Positions 41,522 to 55,700 of a stretch of DNA of 64,000 nt are shown here, one piece after another. Origin of the DNA: Adineta vaga (taxonomy: Eukaryota; Animalia; Rotifera). The notes under the pieces are model-generated. The model searched no databases. It was not told the origin of the DNA and was given only the letters and a program-made list of their open reading frames with translations. Positions within the stretch are counted from its first letter, which is position 1; each line of letters begins with the position of its first letter. The position numbers were made by a program, and so were the translations under genes. The DNA lies in the NCBI GenBank assembly GCA_021613535.1, contig CP075495.1:5270001-5334000 (forward strand). The letters run 5' to 3'.

Positions 41522-42507
41522 ATGCAATCATCTAATAATACTTCACCATTATTAAATCATGCGATGAGAGTACGTACAAAAAATGTTGAATTACGAAAAA
41601 AAATCACTCAGTTAGAAAATGATATACAATTAATTGAAAAAGATATTTCAACATTAACAATAACTTATGATAATCTTGTTGACCAATGTCAAATTTTACA
41701 TGAAAAACAAACAGATAAGAAAAAAGATCTTCTATTAGAACAATATCAAAATCAATTTAATAATTATATACATGATATTGAAAATTATCTCAATAATAAA
41801 CAATGGAATATATCAGCCATTGAAAAAACAACTGTTTTGTGTAAGAGTCGTTAAGAGTTTTTTCTTGCGTATCGAGAACACTTTTTTTGACGACAGAAAT
41901 CTCTTAATAATCATATCTACAAATGAACGTTTGAAACGTAATCGTTTTCTTCTTTTTTTATAAACAAACTTGTAATTAACATCAGCACATAATTAAAATG
42001 TCTGGAAGAATTAGGTGACTGACGCTGTAAAACTCATTAAGATGTTTGAATATAAAAGAAATACTTTATATCTCTTTTCTAGCTCCAAAATCAGCATCAC
42101 CTATGACTTCTGATCATAAAACTGTCGAATTACCAGTGCAAAATTTAAACGATGTTCTCAATCAACAATTAGCATCGGTAGAAAACTGGCTTATGGAGAC
42201 TGCAGTAACAGATATTGATAAACAATCTCCCATATTAACTGAATCTCAACGTACAGATGATGGTGCTGATGATTTATATAAAGATTTAATATTTCCAACA
42301 ATATCAGATGAACTTCCTACGCAATCAGAAGAAATTCAATTTGATGAAAATGATCATGAAAAAGAATTTGTCAAAACGATTTCACCAAAATCTTCTCAAG
42401 AACAACAGCAGCAGCATCAACGGCTAGATAAAAATCAACGTCGATTTGCATTAATGAGACAACTAGCAGAAAAATCAAATAAAACAGTCACAAGAAAACT
42501 ATTGTAA
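41522..42507 (+). CDS. Uncharacterised coiled-coil protein (last two exons; 5' exons unresolved)
   Basis: Exon 41522-about 41840 (heptad-rich) splices in frame to 42083-42507. An acceptor AG precedes 41522, so upstream exons probably lie in 40900-41400. Confidence 0.55.
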
Positions 42508-42949
42508 TTATCTAATCAGATACTTCTCAAACAGATACTCTTCACTTTTTTATTATTATATATATATATATATATTTAATATTGATTCATATAAACATTC
42601 ATCTATTTCATTGTTATATTTTCTCTTCTGTAAAACTATTTGCAAAGATATGAATTTAACCATTAAAACTATCTTCTATATTTTAGAGTAGATTTTTGCA
42701 AGCTCATTCAGGGCATATAAATAATGTAAGTTGTTTTTCTGTATATTTATGTTATAGGTTTTTTTTATTAGAAGGGAAATTACTAGGATATGATTGATTT
42801 TACCTTCATGAAGAATGTTACGGTCTGATAGATAAATTATCTGAGGAAAAAATCCATTTAGTTACTAAAAAAATCAATAAGAATATATATCGAACTGTGA
42901 GTATTTAATTTGACCTCTTATTCAGTGAAGACAAACGAACTGCATTCTT

Positions 42950-44302
42950 CTATCGTGTATGATAAACATAACTATTTAATTGATAAACTAATTGTGCAAT
43001 AGTTGCACTTGGCCAAGCACGAAGACATGATGAATACGTTTCGAGTTTAAACGAAAGAATATATCCAGTATAATTTGATAATACTGTTTCATTACAAAAA
43101 TAATTGGGTTTAATTATACTATTATCTGTTGACCATTGAAAATAATTCTCAATAGGATTTGTAGTAGAAAGAAAGATGGGTGTCCAATTAAAAACACGTG
43201 CATGTTGATTAAGTAAATAATTAAACTGATAATCATATTGAATTGTTGATAAAGTATACGTTGATGAAAGTGATACATATGTTCCCAATGTTGCATTTGT
43301 TGGTAATGGAATATAATAACAAATACCATCGTAGAGAAAAAGATTTTTACCATAACATAATTCGCATGTTAATGTTTGGCTTGACCAATATTGAGTATTA
43401 ATCAATGGACATCGACAATAATTATTAATACATATTAAATTTGAATAACATTGTTGGGTATTATTACATATAGAACCATTATTTAAACGTGTACGACATA
43501 TTTGACCATCCCAATAGAAATTTGCATTACATACACATTTGGAATATGTCATATTACATATTAATAATGCTGAACTATCACAATGTGAATTTATAATACA
43601 ATATTGACCATGTGTTGACGAATTTGAACAACCATTTCCATTCCATGTTTGTGATGCTGGACATGTACATACATTTGAACTAAATATTTTCGAGATTTAT
43701 TGAAATAATCAGATGAAAACTTAAACTTACCTGCATACAAGTCCACTAATACATTGACTAGCTAATGTACATGGTTTCGTAGCATTATATGGTAATTTTG
43801 GATTACATGTTGTTTGATTATAATACGCATTAGATGGACAACTACATGTATTCGTGTTTGTTGAACATATTAAATATTCCATACAAGAATTCATTTGTGA
43901 ATTACATGTTTGACCAAAAACAAGTCTTTCTTGACAATGATTTTCTATATAATACGTACCTATTGTACAATCACAAAATGAACCATTCCAAAACATATTA
44001 TGTAAACATGCACATCGTTCTATACTTGTACTACAATAGAGTCGTAATGATCGATCACATTCAATAATTGGAGATGTAGTAATGACATCAATCGAACAAC
44101 TATCATTATACCATCGTAAATAATCGATTGTTATTGATGGTTTTCGTAAGAATGCAATCATAAGGACGATAAATAAAGTCATCAATATAAAAGTATAACA
44201 ATACCAAAAAATACGAGCATCTTTTCTTGAATGAAAACAATAGTATCGAATCTTTTTCCATATTGATCGAAGATGATTTTTGCTGATCTTTTCATCTATC
44301 AT
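42950..44302 (-). CDS. Type II membrane protein with tandem Cys-rich EB-module-like repeats and a degenerate C-type-lectin-like end
   Basis: Exons 44302-43731 and 43679-42950 join in frame. TM segment FWYCYTFILMTLFIVLMIAFL; repeated C-x-C-x4-[FY]W[ND]G-x2-C units; distal YDGICYY...FQWS...SCL. Confidence 0.75.
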
Positions 44303-45000
44303 TGCAATTGTACTTGAACTTTTACAATCACATTTGGAAATTCTTTCTCTTTTTTCAAAGTATATTATTCAATAAAATGAAACCATATAATTCTTTCAAT
44401 TGTATTTCTTTCTTTACTATTCATTTTCTTTTGAATCCAATAAATAGATCATCTTATTGATGAAATCTTGCAAAATACACTCAAAACAATATGCAATTTA
44501 TTTTATGAGAACGAAATTTTTCATCTTTTACGTCGTCGACTGTTATATTTTTCAATGCAAAGTATACTTCAGGGTAAAAAGAAAACTATGAAGAAAATGT
44601 CAATCATTGTCAAAAAGTAATCAAGAACTAATACAGATATTTATCGTTATTCCGTCATTTCTCATTACTCTAGTATATAATTAAAACGAAAAGAAATATT
44701 CATAAGAAAACAAAACGAGCACCTTAATTTTTTAGTCATTACATTATCAGTAGATGTAAATTGTCACCGGAAAAAAAACATACAGTAATGAATTTATTCG
44801 AACTTTGCACTCATTTTCAACAACGCATATACGTTTGCTTTTTTTTGTATCGAAAAATCGTTTTTATTCTAAACACAAGAAAACTTTGTTCATACATTAA
44901 AAAAAACTGAATAGATGATGTCTCCTCAAAATATTCTGTATTGATTGATTTGTCATAAAATAGATCCACAATAAGATATCATTTATAAAAAGATTCTTCA

Positions 45001-45270
45001 TTAATGAAGTAAATTTCTCATGAATGATCGCGCAAATCCACCAACATCATTGGTTATTACTGGATCTACACCAAATCGAGTGGCAGCACGAGATGCATAT
45101 GCTACTCCGTGCGTTGGTTGAAATTGATGTACACCACCAAAAGCAGAATGAAGTTGTCCATGAGAATGGTGAGAAGAAGAATGTGGATTGTTAACATATT
45201 GTTGCATTTGAGCAGCAATATTTTGATAATGCATGCCAGTGCTTGGACTCATTCCAGTTGGAACACTCAT
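45001..45270 (-). CDS. Small His/Gly/Gln-rich hydrophilic protein (89 aa), unknown family
   Basis: Intronless ORF with coding-like GC content and codon use. A TATAAA (45320-45315) and an initiator-like TCAGT (45290-45286) are correctly spaced upstream. Confidence 0.7.
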   Translation of the reverse strand: MSVPTGMSPSTGMHYQNIAAQMQQYVNNPHSSSHHSHGQLHSAFGGVHQFQPTHGVAYASRAATRFGVDPVITNDVGGFARSFMRNLLH

Positions 45271-45285
45271 TGTAAGATGATGATG

Positions 45286-45412
45286 ACTGAAGAAGAAACG
45301 ACGAGGAGATAAAGTTTATAAAACGTTAAATGTTTTATGTAATATTTTCTCACAATCGAACGTCGTAAATATAGGCGCACCTGTCCTGATCAATGGCGAC
45401 TGTGTAACGTCA
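45286..45412 (-). promoter_or_regulatory. TATA plus initiator core promoter with upstream ACGT-core sites
   Basis: On the minus strand, TATAAA starts at 45320 and TCAGT at 45290 (about 30 nt apart). ACGACGTT at 45366-45359 and TGACGTTA at 45412-45405. Confidence 0.55.
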
Positions 45413-45694
45413 ATCAAGCATAACGAAATGGAAAAAAACATTTGAGAATATGACTTGTTTCTAGTCATGATGTATGACTTGTGTAAAGAGGAAATGACAA
45501 CGATAATTGATGATATTTGCATGTATAACATCGACAATATTTGCCTTTTTTTATTTTATTTTCTCTTTTCAACAAAAAAAAATGACAAAAGAGAAGAGCA
45601 AGTTATGACATAAAATCAAGCATAACAACATTAATAATGATTCGTACAACATAAATTTATAATAGTTATAGATATATTTGAACAGAAAAAGTAT

Positions 45695-48282
45695 TTATGT
45701 TGATTTTCGTATTCCATCATGATTTTCTTTCGGTAATGACATATTTGTATTAGGTGTCCTTAACAGTTTCTCTTCAGATGATAAATCTAATCGAGGATTT
45801 GTTGATTTTCGATGTTTCGTTAAGAGATTCTGATTTGTTTTACTATCTCGAAGCCGATCACCTAATTGATATGACGATGTTCGACTAAATGCTCGACCTT
45901 TACAATGAAGGAAACGATGTTTTATATGTTGAATATCACTCTAAAAAACGAAATCTTCACATTATCAATAATATATCATTAAAAACTTCATTTACTCGAA
46001 AACGATTATTAGCAAAACCATAGATAATCGGATTAATGGCTGTATTGGAAACTGTTAAGAAATGAGATGCTATATATAGGAGCTGAAGTAGTGTTTGACG
46101 ACTACAAAAATTTTGATTTGGTGGTTCTAGATCACATAATAAATTATAACATAATTGAAATACATTCATTGGTAACCAAAGAACAGCATAAAGAATAACA
46201 ACAGCAACTAGCATTTTGAGACCCTAACAGAACAAAATACAATATTTGATTTCATGAAAATTAAAAAAACATAGATTAACAATTGTATTCATGATTTCAA
46301 GATCGATTCTAATTACAGTTAATCATATAGATATAGGTCGTTTGAATATAGTTCCCTCTTATACATTAGATTTAAATACTTTGAAGGTTTATACATATTT
46401 TCATAACGAAAAAGGAGAATATTTCCATTTTGTCAAACTATTAATGAAACACTATATTTTACTAGTAGTCTAGCTCGACAGATTTCAAAGATGTTAATCA
46501 TTCGTATGAATTGATGAATTTTTCGGTCATTCATGTCATTCAAAATGGTATATTAATCGACGTTGCGAGTTTCTCTAATGAAATTTGAATAATCTGCAAA
46601 AGATATTCTATCAGATTTCATTAATATTCATTTTAGTCTATTCAGATGTGAAAAAATGAAATCTGTCTATATAAATTTCAATCATCTTATGATATGTCAT
46701 CTTATTCGAAGGTAAGAATGCAAAAGAAATGATAATTTAATTCGTAAAAACAACTATGAGCAAAGAAAGATTATTAATTATGAATTGTTTATCTTAAATC
46801 GAATTGAATTTCAAAGAATAGAAGAAAGATAAAAATAGTCTGCCACGATTTATTATCATGAAAAGATGTGTAGGTTGTTACCGGAGAAAAAAATAATTTT
46901 AGATAAAAGTTTTCAAGAGGAAAATAACACATCTAATTTATCTCTAGGTTATATAGAAAATGTTGTCTAGCTGCGCTATTTTGGGTTGGTACAAATGAAG
47001 AAAATAATATCTTGTCTAGCTGTGCTATTTTGGGTTGGTACAAATGAAGAAAATAATATATTTCCTAGCTAGTATGTTTTGAAAAAAAGTGGCAAATTAG
47101 TAATACCCTGCTAAATCTTTCGGATGTGCGTAAAAGCTTTTGATAGAAACATTTCATTATCTAACTAATGGAAATAATTATAAATACTGATCGAAACAGG
47201 TTACTCCTTTCTTTTTAGTCTCATGTAGAATATAGATCTTCCAAAAGGTCGGAAGGTAAGTATCCTTATGATATGTTCATTTCCGATCCTTCTTAGACAA
47301 TTGAAGTGAAAACAGGAGACATGAGAGAACTTTTTAATTGAATCGATTTTGTTGTTTCTGTGTATTGAAATCTAATCATCTTATGAACAAAGATTGAAAT
47401 ATTTACTTGTTTTAATTTTCTTTTAAATTGAATACTTTCATGACTATTTAAATTATTGTCGGCAGTTCCATTTTGATCATTGGTTCCGTCATTTGAACGA
47501 TGCCATAACATAGCAGCAATACGTAAATAAACAAAAGCAAGAATAGATAAAGGAATAAAATATGTTTGTAAAAGATTAAAGATTGTTCGTTGAACTTCAA
47601 GTGATGAGCTGATTTCTTTATTTGGTACACATTGAATTGTATCAACTATTTTATATTGAATTGGATTCGATAAAAAGTAAGAATTAGATGATTGTGTGAC
47701 ATTGAATAGAACATCAATATAATCTTTGAAAGCTTTTCGAGATTGTACCCATAAACGTTTTTCTAGTTTTGGATAAGATCTTGCTTGTGATCGTAAGGCA
47801 GCTAAACCAATACTTAAGATCCAAATAATAACTAATGCAATTAGATTTCGTTTGAAACCTGAATAAATTTTAATCATTAATGGATATCTTACAGCACAAT
47901 ATCGATCGATAGCAATAGTTATTAATGTTAATAGAAGACCAGCAACTGAGAATATTTTAAATGAATCCAAAACAGAACATAATTCTCGTGCATATAACCA
48001 ACGTTGAAAAATGACCGATGTGATTGTAAATGGCATACAATAAACCGTCATAATGATATTAAAAACAGATAAATTGAGCAAAAATGGCGATAAATCGGAT
48101 CGAGAACGACGACCAAATGAAAATACGATAATGGCAATAAAATTCGTACAAAATGAAAAAATAATCATAATACCATAAATAATTAGAATGATTACTTCAT
48201 ATGTATATAAATCCGAAAAGGTTAAATTAGTTAAAGGATACATGAAAAGTTCTTGATTATATAATGTCTGATTATCAGTCAT
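45695..48282 (-). CDS. Class A (rhodopsin-like) neuropeptide GPCR
   Basis: Exons 48282-47407, 46223-45996 and 45940-45695. IAIDRYCAVRYPL, TM5 YFIPLSILAFVYLRI, TM6 KMLVAVVILYAVLWLP and TM7 SNTAINPIIYGFANNRFR. Confidence 0.9.
46963..47059. repeat. Two-copy 49-bp tandem duplication in GPCR intron 1
   Basis: TTGTCTAGCTG(C/T)GCTATTTTGGGTTGGTACAAATGAAGAAAATAATAT starts at 46963 and again at 47012, with one mismatch. Confidence 0.9.
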
Positions 48283-51200
48283 ATTGAATGACTTACTTTT
48301 GTCTCCTAAACTTTTAATTTAATCTACAAGAAAAAACGAAGATAGTGATATTCTTCTCATTATTCTACAATCTAGGTATCTATTTGATTCTTCTGTTTTC
48401 TCAAGTTTTCAAAGACACAAACGCTAATTATAGAACAGATTTCTCTTGCTAATAAATTCTGGCAGGTTAATGCGCTGTAAGATAGAGGTAGGTGAAGAGT
48501 GTTAATCGTCATCGAAGAAAAAAAATGTTACTTTCTTTTCTCTAAAAGTCTATATAAAAGAAAAACAAAATTGAAAAATAATTATTTCAGGAAAAGTTCT
48601 TTCAGTTTGTTTTTTTCTCTCGAGGCATCTATTCTCTGAAGAGCGGGAGAGAGAGAAAGTGAATAGTTAAATTGAACTCAATTATGTTTGTTGTATATCT
48701 GTATGACGTCAAAATAATGATTTTTCATAAAAACTATTGTTCAGTATTTCCATGTCTAGTTCGAAACGATAAAGAATTACGATTCTATAATTAAATTCGA
48801 AGTTTAATCACACAACGAATCGATTGCTCTCTTTCTTAGTACGATGAAAATATCTCAAAGAAGCATCTATGAAATATTTCTATCGAACTAATGAAAAACG
48901 ACTTGAGTATGTCGATTGTAAATTAACAAAATTATGTTGACAAAAAGAATGTAGACAAAGCATTCTTTCGTTACTGTTTCAAAGTACTTGATTTAGTAAA
49001 TTTCCTTACTTCATATAGAACTATTATCTGAGCATTATACGCAAGAAAAGAAGAGGCTTTTCTTTCGCAAGATAGTTAAATCTCACAAGATTTGTATTTA
49101 TCGGTACTTATTCTTTTTTTGGAAAATTCTCTTCGTGTAAACATACTGAAATAGTAATTTCATTTACCATGCATCTTACTGAAAGCACATGCATTAATAT
49201 TCAACAGATTGATGTCAAAAAAGAAAGGAGAACTTAGAATACTAGAAAGATGATTACTGTTTTCTATAGTGGTTATCAATAAATGATGTGAGAAAGAAAA
49301 ATAACAACTAATCAAAATAATTTTATTTCACAAACATCATTCTGTCATGAAAAAAATTTACTTACTCATATTTATTTCCGTGCAGAATACATATATCCAT
49401 TATATATCCTAAAGAATTAATAACATAATATTATCTAATTATCGTTGTTTTTAATGCGATTCCAATTTCTTTTCATTGAAAAGATCCTTATTATAACTAA
49501 TCATATTTTAAAGAGAAATTTTTGAATGAATTATTTGCTTATATGTCCCATCAATCATATCTGTAAAATTAGTCAAACGTGTAATGAAATATATTACATT
49601 ACAATTAATCTAAATCCGTAAATATAAAGAAGATCGATCATCCAGTAAGTTATTAATTATCAAAATGATCTTGGAATAAAAATCTAAGTTCTTTTCTACT
49701 TTGAGTTTATAGATGCGTAGTAAAAATTCAACAATTAATCTTGAAAGAACACAGTAAAATGTCATAAACTGATGACTTTATGCTGTGAATGATATAAAAC
49801 TTTTTGTTTTGACAAAATGGAGCTTAGTAACCTCAAGCATCGAAGAACATCACCAATTCGTCTACATCTGCAAGACATGTAGATTAGTCAATAGGTCCTT
49901 AATTTCCCATGATGAATAAATGTCAGTAGAATCTGGATACTTTTCGCGTGTTCATCAATCTTTTAATTTTATAATTAAGAACAGATGAACAAAACTTATC
50001 TTAAGATATTCTTCACAACAAAGTATTTTATGAAATAATAAAAAAAACCGGAATTGTTCTCCATTTCTTGCTCAGTTCTTATTTTTACAATTCTTCGAGA
50101 CTAAACTACTTTTTATATCCTTACATTTAGAATAGAACTCATTTCTCTGCACGCGATTATTATGTAGATCAAAACTATATAATACAAAAAAAAAGCTTTT
50201 TGTTCATATCTTTTCAAATCTATCATTGTCAATAGAACAACTTTCTCTTTCTTTCTTTTTGTCTCTTTTCGTAAGTCGATGTGATGCATATTAAGTAGAA
50301 TATGATATAACATTCAAGTTTGGCATGTTCGTCTTGTTCTCTATTAATTAAAATATTTATTTGAAAACTAAAGACAAAAACATGTCTTGGATTTGGAATA
50401 GTAATTTATTCAAAAACATACCAAACTAAGAAGATGTATATAGATCATATGCATATTTATATGTCAAAAATGAATACACATCTTCGTAAACAAACAAACT
50501 AGCTCCCACACACACTCTCCCACCTTCTTCGAAATCTGTGGTAAAATGTCAACGCCTACTTTTCTTGATTACGGAAATGTCTTCAATCTATTCCTATCAA
50601 AAAGAAAACTTCGAATGAACTTGTATCAACTTAATACTCTTCCGATTAAAGGCAGAAAAGTGTACCAAATGATCGGGAAAGTCAATCTATTTTCTTTTTC
50701 TTTCTCGTGAAAAGAAGGAGTTTAGATTGGCACGTCTGTGACAACATCGGAAGCTCATATACATCACTGTATAATTGGAGAAGTTTGAAAACCTACATTT
50801 TCAATCTTCATATTACGAAGTAAAATATACTCTTACAAGTATGAAAAACTTACTGCTGAATATTTTTATCCACTATAGCATTGCGTGTATTTAGATTCAT
50901 ATTGTCTGCTTAATATAATATAACCAGATGAATTATTGAAAATAAAAACAGTTCGTGATCATTTCTACATTCGAACATAAGAAATAATTTAGAGAAAAAG
51001 AACAAAATTGACATTGTGTGTTATCTAAAAAAGACTGCCTAGTCCCATTTGCATGAGAATAAATTTGTTTTTCTCTCTCTCTCTCTTCTCCTAACAACTA
51101 AATTGAAATGGTATCGATTTCTTCAGTTCACTGAATACTTCCAGTAAATCAATATTTTCTCTAATCAATTAAAGAAAATAGGCAACAATCAGTGAAGCAA

Positions 51201-52768
51201 AATGATGTGATTTTTAATCAATGTATTGATTTCATTGTGTTTGAGAAATGAATGTATTTGATTGCAGTTGTTTAATACAACGTGAACTTCTATATTATGT
51301 TTTGTACTTGAATAAAAAATAGGAAATTAATGCCATACGGCAAAATTCATTACCTATACCGAAGAGAAATCTTTGATGACGGAGAATAAATATAGATTGA
51401 GCAAAATATTCTCAAGTGTATTAATCAATCTTTTACCGTAAAATATATAGGTATATCGCACCGCTTAGACGAAAATATGAAATATATTACTAGGCATTGT
51501 TTTTCCAAAAAAGACTCGCATCGACTCTGGATGGATATATATGTAAGATGTTTTCAATGATTTACAGAGACATGATTATTGCTTTTCACTGTTTGCTTTG
51601 CAACTACTTACATTCTTCAAAACAATCTATACATGACACAGTTAGGACTGTAGTAATAGATGTAGTCAATGAATTTTAATTGCTAACTACTTGAGTGTCA
51701 TAGAGAAATGTATGTTATAAATAACGAAAGCAAACTTTTAAACTAATCTGGCTTAATGCATCTGTACTTCTGTTCGAGGAAAATATATTATTTTCTCGCT
51801 ATAATTGTCTAAAATTCCTCTAAATCCTTTCTGCAGTATGTGAAAATAACAACTTACTATAAAAATCAACGATTATTTAACTTTTATTTTGTCATGTAAA
51901 TATAGAACTTGAGTAGAGAAGTTTTATTAATTCGATAATGCAAAATAATTTATGATTCCTTACACGAATGTTGGTTAATATTATTATACATAGAATCTAA
52001 AAAAGACCTTCCATATATGTATATATCTGTAACAATTGTAAAAGGTTAATGCGTATCGGAAGTAACCTATTCTAACGAAATAAAAATACATCGAGAAACA
52101 AAAGACCGGAAGGAATTATGATTCTGACAAAAGCACCGATTAGAAACATTTCAATGACGTCTCTTTCGACGGTGCTATATATAACACATCGGAAAAGTAT
52201 TGCTATCAAACGAAACAAAACAAATATTGTCTAAGTATACTTTAGGGATACATCGAAGAGTTTCTATTATCTATAGATACTATCTTTTTTTGCTCATAGC
52301 TTTATGTTTACTTCTTTTAATTGAATCGAAATGAGTTTAATTCAAATAGATTAACAACTGATTTCTCTCTATTCAGTTCAGTTTCATTTCAATGAATGTC
52401 TTGGGAAAAAAAGATTATTGAAAATATAAAACGGTATTATATCTATAGATCAATAAATAATAATGACCTAACACCAAAGTAGAAGCAATTCATTTCTGAT
52501 AGAATTGCTTTCTCTCTCCTTCTCGCCATAAACCTAGATGTCACCAACAATCAGACAAAACACAAACTAATACGTTTTTAACTAAATCGTTCCTCTTGAA
52601 AGAGGATATAACTAAGGATGTAGATTGAAAATGAAATAAAAAATGGTTTTCAAAGAAGAACAAGAAAGTTTCTGTCAATGTAAAGCTAATGTACAACCAA
52701 ATATATGAACGTGAAATTTTTCTCTAAGCCGTATTAAAGTTTCAAAACTTAGTTTTGTCTTCTTATAG

Positions 52769-55700
52769 ATGCAAACGATCCCGCCAGTAGATGTGCATAG
52801 TGAGAATGATTGGCGTGATGGTGGCATTAACGGATCATATATAAGAAAACCGACTATAACAACTAATCGTGGAGGACGTCAAGCCCTTCGAATGCGTACT
52901 TGTGTCACAAGTAAAGCTAAAGTAATTAAAACAAAACCTTCTCAACCCGCACAAGAGATAACACAATCCAAATCATATTCATCCGCTCATTCTCGAAGTC
53001 CTTCACCCACGCGAGAACCATGGTAAGAAAATTTAAGAGAAAGATTTTCGAATTCTACATTATTATTAAAGGATTCCACCACCAGGTCGAACAACAAAAG
53101 GACAGAAATTTTTATTACAAGTAAATTATTTCTTACTACTAAGAGATTTCATGTTTTTAAATTTCAATTTGTAGAATTCTAGAACACGTTCAGAAACGAC
53201 ACCAGGTCATGTTGATATTGTCACAGATGATGTTACTGATGAAGATTATCAAAATACTGATCGTAATGAACAGAATGGTACCGTGTTTGCTGAAATTCAA
53301 GCGTATGAAAAACGTATTCAAGGATTAGTAGAAGGTGTTGATTACTTAAACAACGAGTAAATGAATATATTTTATACTTTTTTTCATTAATTGAATTTAT
53401 TCTATTAGTTACATGATCGTTTGTATTCGGATAAAACTGATCAGCTTCGTTCCGATATTGCTTCATCATTACGCGACCTTGAACAGTCTCAACAAGCATC
53501 TTATCAGACATCACTTAATAAATTTCCATTACGATCTTCTCGTTCTTCACCACCCTTACGTCATAATTATCGTTCGTCAAGTGCTGGTGAACAACGAAAT
53601 TATCAATCTTTACCTAAAGTTTCGTTTGAACATGATGCACTTAATGAACGGTAGAACTTCTCAATGATTTATACATCATCATCTTATTTTTTTATTTATT
53701 TTCTATCGAATTACTTTTAGGCGACGTGCACGTAGTACAACACCTGTTCGTGGTCCAATTCATTTAAATCCAAATCGTGAACGATTATTAATATCATTAT
53801 CTCAGTCAGAAGCGGATATTGCTCAAATAACTAAACAATTATCATCTGTCAAAGATATTCTAACAAAACTAAAATTTGTACGTATAAGGAAGGATTTTTT
53901 CTCGATCTTATTATAATAAAGAAATCGAAATCTTTTATTCGTTTATATTTGATAAGGATAAGGTATCGCATCTTTTGTTACTTCATACAAATTCTACATA
54001 TGCATTTGCTTTCAAAGAGACGAAAGTTAATAAAAAAGCAAAGAAAGACTTTCTTTTTTCGTTGCGTATATCGGCATCGATATTGAGAATGAAATCAGAA
54101 ATGAGATGTTTTACATTTTCTTTTTGACTAATTCACATAGCGACAATGACAATACTTTATGCATTGTTACATTTACATAAAGTGTTTGAGACAGACATCT
54201 TGAGAAATACAATGCAACAAACTTAACATCCAGATGACGACACACGTACGAAATTAAAACAGTGAATAGAAGAAAAAAAAGAATAACTTCTCTTTCGTAA
54301 TTCTTTTTTTTCAATTTAAAATTAAAACGTGAGGTTTCTGTTATCTTAATTATACAAGAATGAAGCCATTCGCTTGATACTCTTCACTTTCTCTTTCGTT
54401 TTATGCATATATCTTCTAGGACCATCATCCAGTTTCACTGGAAGTTGAACAATTGTATCAACAGCGAAATCAATTATTACATTTAATTGAACAATTCGAA
54501 CATTCAAATCGAAAATTAAAAGAATTCCTTCGCCATCAATATCATTTAGAAGCGGAAGAAGGTGTTCTAAATGAAAAATCTGATACAGCGGTAACACGTT
54601 TACATGACCTAGAACACGAAAATACACAATTGAGACGTTTATTACTTGATCGTGAAAATGATAATATTACTTTACAGAGTGAATTAGAACGTGTAAGAAC
54701 ACATGCAATTGGATATGATACAATGAAAACATCATTAGAACATAATCGTGCTCATTTACAGCGAGAACTCTATGCAAAAGAAGGTGAAATTAATCGACTT
54801 CAATGTGTTATACGAGTATGATATAAATAAACGTTTGAATATATTTAATTTACAAACAAAAATCAATCTTATTTTTATTTATAGTCTTTAGAACGTAATC
54901 GTACTCAATGTGATACACAGCGAAGTAATATTAAACGAACACCATCAACTCCTTTACCATCTTGTTCTTCCCTACCAAGTTTAGTTACTAAAACAAAAGC
55001 TATTACTGTTGAAAAATTACAAGCACAATTAATTGATCGTGATCGACAAATAGTTGAACTTGAAAAGAAATTATGTGGAAATAAAAATGAACAAATTGTT
55101 GATGCAAATACTGAAATTATTCGATTACGTACAAAACTTGAACATTCGGAACATTTAATTGCAGAATATAAAGAACAATTACATAATCAAACATTAAAAA
55201 CGTCCATTCACAATAGTAAAAGTCATTTGTCTGAAATTGAGTTAGATAAACTACGGTTTCGATTACAAAAACGTATCGAAGAACTTGAACCTTTACCTGA
55301 ACTGTTGCGACAAGCTGAATTAAGAAATCAAGATCTACAAACACGTTTAGCTGAAAAATCAACATATATCAATGAACTCAATTCAAAAGTCAATATTAAC
55401 AATGAAAGAAAATGAATATTTGAAATTTGATTCTCGTTTTTGTTTTAGACAACTGTTCATAATCATATATTCGATCGATTGAAAGACACTCATTTTTCAT
55501 TCGATAATGATCATTCAACATTTCCACCGAAAAATGAATCTTTACAACGGTAATTGCTGAAAATAAAAATGTTTTTCGAAGAAAAAAAGTAATCGTTTTT
55601 ATTTAGACAATTAAATGCATTAGAAGAAGATAATGCAGTTCTATTAAGAAATCTCAATGCGAAAGAAGAAGCATTGAGAAATACTCAGGTAGGAAAACGT

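Noticed and set aside
48300-52760. 4.4-kb gene-free interval with short ORFs (50113-50313, 51497-51679)
   Set aside because: The ORFs have random AT-rich composition, with no splice-consistent gene, TE domain or repeat seen. Most simply regulatory or UTR sequence between two divergent genes.
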